Assembly: GCA_002104905.1 (NCBI GenBank)
Contig: MCFE01000127.1
Coordinates: forward strand, 96,185-160,184
Length of the DNA: 64,000 nucleotides
Source of the DNA: Basidiobolus meristosporus CBS 931.73
Lineage: Eukaryota; Fungi; Basidiobolomycota
Direction: 5' to 3'
Shown: one piece after another, positions 59,525 through 64,000 of the stretch
Layout: each line of letters starts with the position of its first letter
How positions within the stretch are numbered: the first letter of the stretch is position 1
Program-made: the position numbers and the translations under genes
Notes under the pieces: model-generated
The model's input: the letters and a program-made list of their open reading frames with translations, nothing else
Databases searched by the model: none
Told to the model about the DNA's origin: nothing

Positions 59525-60530
59525 GAGGGAAAGTCACCAAGGTAGGTGAAATCTTTATTTGATTGCAGACAAGTCTAACTACAAATAAAGAAGCCAGCTG
59601 GGAATAGAAGATTCCCAAAGTAAACACTAAGTTGAATATGAATAAATCTAAGCTAAAGTTAAGGCAGTATCCCAGAGTACACTGGAGTTCAGGTTCATGG
59701 GGGAGTGAAGTAGATAAGCTTGAGAGATATAATAATCTTTGAGGAAGTGGGTAACAGCAGGTGAAGGGGAGTTTTTGATAAGTGAAGTGAATCTTGAGAG
59801 CAGAGATTCCTCTAATGAGAAGGTCTTGTAAACTGGAGAATCAGGAAACTCTTTAAAGGCATGGTCAGTAGGTTCCCAGTAAAACTTGTCAGAGACATTT
59901 TGAGAGAACTCTTTAGCAATACTTTTGTCAAGTACTACCTCCAGAGTGTGATTGTTGATATATCTCATGTTAACAATCTTGGATAAATTGTAACCTTGTT
60001 GCTTGAGATACATCCTATGCTCAGATATAGGAATGAACTCCACATTGGCAAAGTAGCAGACAGCCCAGTCAGTAGCAGGAGGCAAATCAGAAGTAGCAGG
60101 AAACTTTCTTTTAGTCTTGGGAGGAGCAGCAGGATGTCTTGAGGAAGCAGGAACAGGCTTTTTGACAGCTTCAGAGTAGGAAGAGTGAGCAGGAGCAGAT
60201 GATTCTTGGGGAGTCTTGTTGACAGGAACAGCTGGCAGAGAGACAATAGATTCTTGCAGTTCAGAGAAGGCAGAAAACAGCTTTTGAACTTGTTTCTTGA
60301 GTAAAGCATTTTCAGCTTCAACAAGTGCAAGCCTTTCCTCAAGAAAGGAAATCTGAAGGGAATGGAGTGAAGGCATAAGAAATAAGAAGAAGAGGGTAAG
60401 ATGGGGTGGGTGGGAGGGAAAATTAGCAGGGAGAAGAGAAGGAAGGAGCAAAAATTCCAGAAGTCAGAATTTATAGATGGATGGACAAGGGTAGATGGAT
60501 GGATTATTCCTGGGTTAGGAAAATTAGCAG
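59525..60530 (-). mobile_element. Type A element copy A3, probably near full-length (~1.0 kb, ORF1-only)
   Basis: 5' leader, one ATG-initiated ORF, a ~120 nt 3' UTR and the shared 3' module. Telomere-repeat tracts on both sides; no RT. Confidence 0.88.
59648..60376 (-). CDS. Type A ORF1/gag-like protein (242 aa from MPSLHSLQ)
   Basis: N-terminal coiled coil (LEERLALVEAENALLKKQVQKLF), SYSEAVKK linker, and a C-terminal domain shared with B ORF1. The track's TTG start at 60451 is probably 5' UTR. Confidence 0.85.
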   Translation of the reverse strand: MPSLHSLQISFLEERLALVEAENALLKKQVQKLFSAFSELQESIVSLPAVPVNKTPQESSAPAHSSYSEAVKKPVPASSRHPAAPPKTKRKFPATSDLPPATDWAVCYFANVEFIPISEHRMYLKQQGYNLSKIVNMRYINNHTLEVVLDKSIAKEFSQNVSDKFYWEPTDHAFKEFPDSPVYKTFSLEESLLSRFTSLIKNSPSPAVTHFLKDYYISQAYLLHSPMNLNSSVLWDTALTLA

Positions 60531-60540
60531 TAGGGTTAGG

Positions 60541-60597
60541 GGAGGAAAGTCACCAAGTGGTGAAATCTTTATTTACTTATGACAAGTATCTAAAGAA
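60541..60597 (-). mobile_element. 57-bp 3'-end stub (C) of a further family member
   Basis: ggaggaaagtcaccaagtggtgaaatctttatttacttatgacaagtatctaaagaa lies between two TTAGGG tracts. Its loop and UTR differ from both A and B. Confidence 0.75.
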
Positions 60598-60663
60598 GGG
60601 TTAGGGGGGAGACAGTCACCAACAGGTGAAATCTTTATTTCAGTTGAAACAAAGAAGCCAGCG

Positions 60664-63432
60664 CTACTGTTGTAGCTTTGATACAAGAGTGTGTAGCTGA
60701 GGGGAATTTGTAGGTAAGTTAATAAGAAGTGATGATAGTTCTTCAGTGCTCAAGACACTGTTCAGTGGGAAGGGGGGTAGCAAGAGAGGTAAGAATGACT
60801 TGTGAACAACATTAATGAGGGGAATGTGATAAGGATTGATATTCATCATAAAGGGAGTGTGCTGCTGCAGATATTGCTGCCAAAGGTCTGTCAAGTACTT
60901 CAGGTAGGCCAGCTTGGGTTTTTCTGACTGCAGAATAAATTCTGCAAACTTCTTGACTTCAGGATCTCCAAGTATAGTTCTCCAGCAGGAGCCAGGTGTT
61001 GTGTGGTGTGTTCTCTTCCAGGCCTTAATCAGTGGGTTGTTGCAGTGGTGAAGTCTGAGATATAATCTGGTTCTAAGGTAGAGAAGTCTGATCTTATAGG
61101 GCATAAACCCAAAAGCACCAAGAATAGCATGTCTGTAGGGGCATTCTGGCAAATGAGGCACCAAGGAGGTAATGCACCATACTGCAAACTTGTCAAGCTT
61201 AGTGCAGTCTCTAGAAGTAAGAGAGAGAAGTGGTAAGCCAAATTCCAGTACAGGGAAGACAAACTGCTTGAGTAGAAGAAGGCAGCTGGGAGCTGAAGTT
61301 GTAGGAGGAGTAACAGCCAGTAGCTTGTGGAGTGCCTGTCTTGCCAGGATAATTCTCTTCTTCAGGTGTGCTCCAGAGTCTAGTCCAGTAGGAAGGAAAG
61401 GAAAGCCAAGATATGTAGCAGAAACCTGAGCAGGTAGAGTGGAGTTCTCTAAGGTGATGGGAGAGCCCAAAGGTACTGTCTTTGCAATGGAAAGCTGGAG
61501 ATTATTCTTCTGCAGATACTGGTGGATGGTCTGGGAGTCTTGTTGCACATTGGAGGAGGATATTCTGATGTCATCAGCAAAGAGAGTAACCAGGCAGTCA
61601 GCTGAGAGTCTTGGGAAATCATTCAGGAAGATGGCAAACAGTATAGGACCAAGCACAGAGCCTTGAACCACTCCATTAGGAACTGAGAACACAGCTGATT
61701 GCTCACTTGGGTGCAGAATTCTTGCTTGTGGATCCAGAAACAGAGACCTGACAAGGAGGGTGAGAGAGGTACTGGAGAAGCATTGCAACTTGGACCAAAG
61801 CAGATTTCTGTCAACTGAATCAAAGGCCTTAGTAATATCAAACAGAACTGAGGGATACTTGCACTGGAGAGAGTGATCTTGGCTAAGTATGACTGCATAT
61901 TCCAAGGAGAGGCCAGGAACAAAGCCAAACTGTGCAGGATGAAACTTGAGGGAGTCAGAGTAGAGCTCCTGAGCAAGCAGAAGCTCAAACACCTTTCTGC
62001 AGGTGGGCAGCAGAGATATTGGCCTGTAGGAGCTAGGATCCAGGTGCTTTCCTTTACCCTTGTACAGTGGCAGAACATTTGCAAAGGACCATTCCTCAGG
62101 AGTAGAAAGCTGGGCTGAGCATTGCTGAAACAGTGGAAGCAGAAGTGCAGACATGGCCTTGGTACTAGTCTTCAGAAGCTCATAGGAGATTGTGTCCACA
62201 CCTGGAGCAGTAGAGTTGGGAAGCCTCTTGAGCACATTATGGATTCTCCTTTGATCAAGTGCAAGTGGGATGGGCAGAGTCTGGAAGTCAGGATGAAAGC
62301 CAGGAGTTGAGTACTGCTTTGTAGAGAAGAAGATGTTAGCCAGCTGTTCTGTTGAAGGTAACTTCCTGGAAGAGGGCCTCATTGCCCTGTAGAGTCTTGA
62401 TACTGTTCTTGTTATAGAGTTGGAAGATTGCAGAGGCAAGGAACTCATAATATGATCCCAGAGCTGAGTATGCAGAGTGTGGTGAATTGCCTTGGAGTGG
62501 TGTATTGCTGTCAGGAGGAGTTTCTCTGTTTTTGGGTTAGGGAAACTCAGGTAGCTTTGTTGCAGGGCTGAAACAATGGATTCCCATTTTCTTGAGGTAA
62601 CAGCAGTAGTCTTGCATGGCAGTGAGAGGGAGGCAGACACCAGAATCAGATGCTTCACAAAGAGCCAGGCATAGTTGAGATCATCTGGCAGAGAAAGTAG
62701 CAAACTGGCAAGCTTCAAGTAGTTCCCAAAGTCTTTCTTCTGATTCTTGGTAGCTTTGTGGGTGAGCACAGTAAGTTTTGGCAGCTTCTTCTTCACAACT
62801 GGTTGCATAGAAAGGGACCAGGCTGGGTGGTCAGAGGCTCTCAAGGATCCTAGCTCAGCTCCAGAGAATTGCTTAACTTCATCCACAAAGTAGAGGGCAG
62901 CAGCAGAAGGGCAGATCCAGTTAACACATCTTTTCTCAGATTGAGCACCTAGTGCTAGCAGATGGCTTTCTCTCAGGAAGTTCAGTAGGAATGTAGACCT
63001 TGGCTTCATTCTTGCAGTCAGAGTAGTCTTGTTCTCAGGATGGGGAATGTTGAGATCTCCAAGCAAGATAATAGGTGTTGATATAGATTGCTGGTATTGC
63101 TGAACTTTCTGGCATATAACTTGCACTTCCTGAAGGGCAAGACTTGGAGGCAGATAGCAGAGCACCAGACTGATAGTTGGCAACTGGAGAGCAGCACAGT
63201 AAGGGGAGTAAAGAGGAACACAGAGCTGAGGAGTATTGATGGTAGAAGAGATGAAGCAGATAGAGGAGGTATTCTTTGTTCTAGGAGTAGAAAAGCAATA
63301 TAGATTAGTCAAAAGTATAGAGGGTAGCTGAACATCAATCAAACACAGGAGGGAAAATCTTGAAAGAAGTCTCTCTAGAGTTGGTCTTGATGGCTGTATG
63401 CTGTTGCAGTTAAGCAACAGAACTTCAGGTAG
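60664..63432 (-). CDS. ORF2 of B3: APE-like endonuclease + RT
   Basis: 15 aa differences from B2 ORF2 counted by eye (~98% identity). No stops or frameshifts. Confidence 0.95.
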   Translation of the reverse strand, partial: LPEVLLLNCNSIQPSRPTLERLLSRFSLLCLIDVQLPSILLTNLYCFSTPRTKNTSSICFISSTINTPQLCVPLYSPYCAALQLPTISLVLCYLPPSLALQEVQVICQKVQQYQQSISTPIILLGDLNIPHPENKTTLTARMKPRSTFLLNFLRESHLLALGAQSEKRCVNWICPSAAALYFVDEVKQFSGAELGSLRASDHPAWSLSMQPVVKKKLPKLTVLTHKATKNQKKDFGNYLKLASLLLSLPDDLNYAWLFVKHLILVSASLSLPCKTTAVTSRKWESIVSALQQSYLSFPNPKTEKLLLTAIHHSKAIHHTLHTQLWDHIMSSLPLQSSNSITRTVSRLYRAMRPSSRKLPSTEQLANIFFSTKQYSTPGFHPDFQTLPIPLALDQRRIHNVLKRLPNSTAPGVDTISYELLKTSTKAMSALLLPLFQQCSAQLSTPEEWSFANVLPLYKGKGKHLDPSSYRPISLLPTCRKVFELLLAQELYSDSLKFHPAQFGFVPGLSLEYAVILSQDHSLQCKYPSVLFDITKAFDSVDRNLLWSKLQCFSSTSLTLLVRSLFLDPQARILHPSEQSAVFSVPNGVVQGSVLGPILFAIFLNDFPRLSADCLVTLFADDIRISSSNVQQDSQTIHQYLQKNNLQLSIAKTVPLGSPITLENSTLPAQVSATYLGFPFLPTGLDSGAHLKKRIILARQALHKLLAVTPPTTSAPSCLLLLKQFVFPVLEFGLPLLSLTSRDCTKLDKFAVWCITSLVPHLPECPYRHAILGAFGFMPYKIRLLYLRTRLYLRLHHCNNPLIKAWKRTHHTTPGSCWRTILGDPEVKKFAEFILQSEKPKLAYLKYLTDLWQQYLQQHTPFMMNINPYHIPLINVVHKSFLPLLLPPFPLNSVLSTEELSSLLINLPTNSPQLHTLVSKLQQ

Positions 63433-63858
63433 TCAGGCAGAGGTTGTAGCTTCTTCAGAGGCAGCATTGACAATGTGACCTGCAGAGTCCCAGAGCTCTT
63501 CAAATGGTGCATCACTTAAGTCAGCAAGGAGGGAAATGGCATGGTTCTTGAGGAAGTATGCCACATCATAGGAGGGGGCTTGTCTCTTGATGGCAGCAAA
63601 GAAAGACAGAATGGCAACATGGGCTGGAGGCTTGTTGAACAGTAGAGAGTCAGAGGATTCAGATTCTTCAGGCACTATCTTGAAGTCAGTTTTCAGCCAG
63701 TTAAGGTTCTTCTCCACAAAGGCAACAAATGGGTCAGCAATGTTTTGGTCTAGGATAACCTCCAGAATCTTCCCTTTTCTCCAGGCCAGGTTGACAATTC
63801 TTGAGAGCTGAATATTGCATGCCTTGAGTGCTTCTGATGTGGAATGGGTCAGGATGCT
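63433..63858 (-). CDS. ORF1 C-terminal remnant of B3
   Basis: ALKACNIQLSRIVNLAWRKGKILEVILDQNIAD... aligns with A ORF1. No in-frame ATG; bounded by TGA at 63859-63861. Confidence 0.75.
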   Translation of the reverse strand, partial: SILTHSTSEALKACNIQLSRIVNLAWRKGKILEVILDQNIADPFVAFVEKNLNWLKTDFKIVPEESESSDSLLFNKPPAHVAILSFFAAIKRQAPSYDVAYFLKNHAISLLADLSDAPFEELWDSAGHIVNAASEEATTSA

Positions 63859-63864
63859 TCAGTA

Positions 63865-64000
63865 TTAGGGTTAGGGTTAGGTTAGGGTTAGGGTTAGGGT
63901 TAGGGTTAGGGTTAGGTTAGGGTTAGGGTTAGGGTTAGGGTTAGGGTTAGGGTTAGGGTTAGGGTTAGGGTTAGGGTTAGGGTTAGGGTTAGGGTTAGGG
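63865..64000 (+). repeat. Telomere (TTAGGG)n, ~23 units visible
   Basis: Perfect TTAGGG run to the window end, with two TTAGG variants (63877, 63912) that may be read errors. Confidence 0.99.

Larger units (their letters stand above)
53836..63864 (-). mobile_element. Head-to-tail array of telomere-associated non-LTR retroelements (types A and B plus stubs), 5' ends toward the telomere
   Basis: Nine copies of a shared 3' module, three type-A and three type-B copies of different lengths, short TTAGGG tracts at most junctions, and the terminal telomere directly abutting. Confidence 0.92.
60607..63864 (-). mobile_element. Type B non-LTR retrotransposon copy B3, terminal copy capped by the telomere
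   Basis: Near-identical to B2, extends 54 nt further 5', and is joined directly to (TTAGGG)n. Confidence 0.95.

Noticed and set aside
53836-60640. Repeated conserved module with variable intervening sequence, superficially CRISPR-like
   Set aside because: The spacers are retroelement bodies of 30-3200 bp, there are no cas genes, and the context is eukaryotic.

Overview
Right-hand end of a chromosome from an intron-rich fungus. It is probably early-diverging (Basidiobolus-like; inferred from gene content, short introns and TTAGGG telomere, not verified). Bases 1-52.4 kb are gene-dense: NAP1, TRZ1, RPL39, TAO3, a BLOC1S5-like gene, GUP1, DPP4, DUF1295, a clearly broken PRP16, YMC1-like carrier, SFT2, GPN2, MMTAG2, CEF1, CWC22, an AZUL-HECT ligase and an R2R3 Myb. 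From ~53.8 kb to the terminal (TTAGGG)n tract (63865-64000) lies a head-to-tail array of telomere-associated non-LTR retroelements, all with 5' ends toward the telomere. There are two main types. Type B has ORF1, a single in-frame TGA-CTA, then an AUG-less APE-endonuclease/RT ORF2. Type A is a ~1 kb element encoding only a divergent ORF1 homologue, reminiscent of gag-only HeT-A. A, B and three further short stubs share a 3' module (AATAAA + invariant TCACC/GGTGA stem with variable loop + C-run) and lack a poly(A) tail; most are joined to 1.5-2.5 telomere repeats. The elements are almost free of CpG. A Ty3-like LTR plus gag start sits inside the array, cut off by telomere repeats. This fungal two-component telomeric retroelement array is the most interesting system in the window. 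Its novelty cannot be confirmed without database searches.
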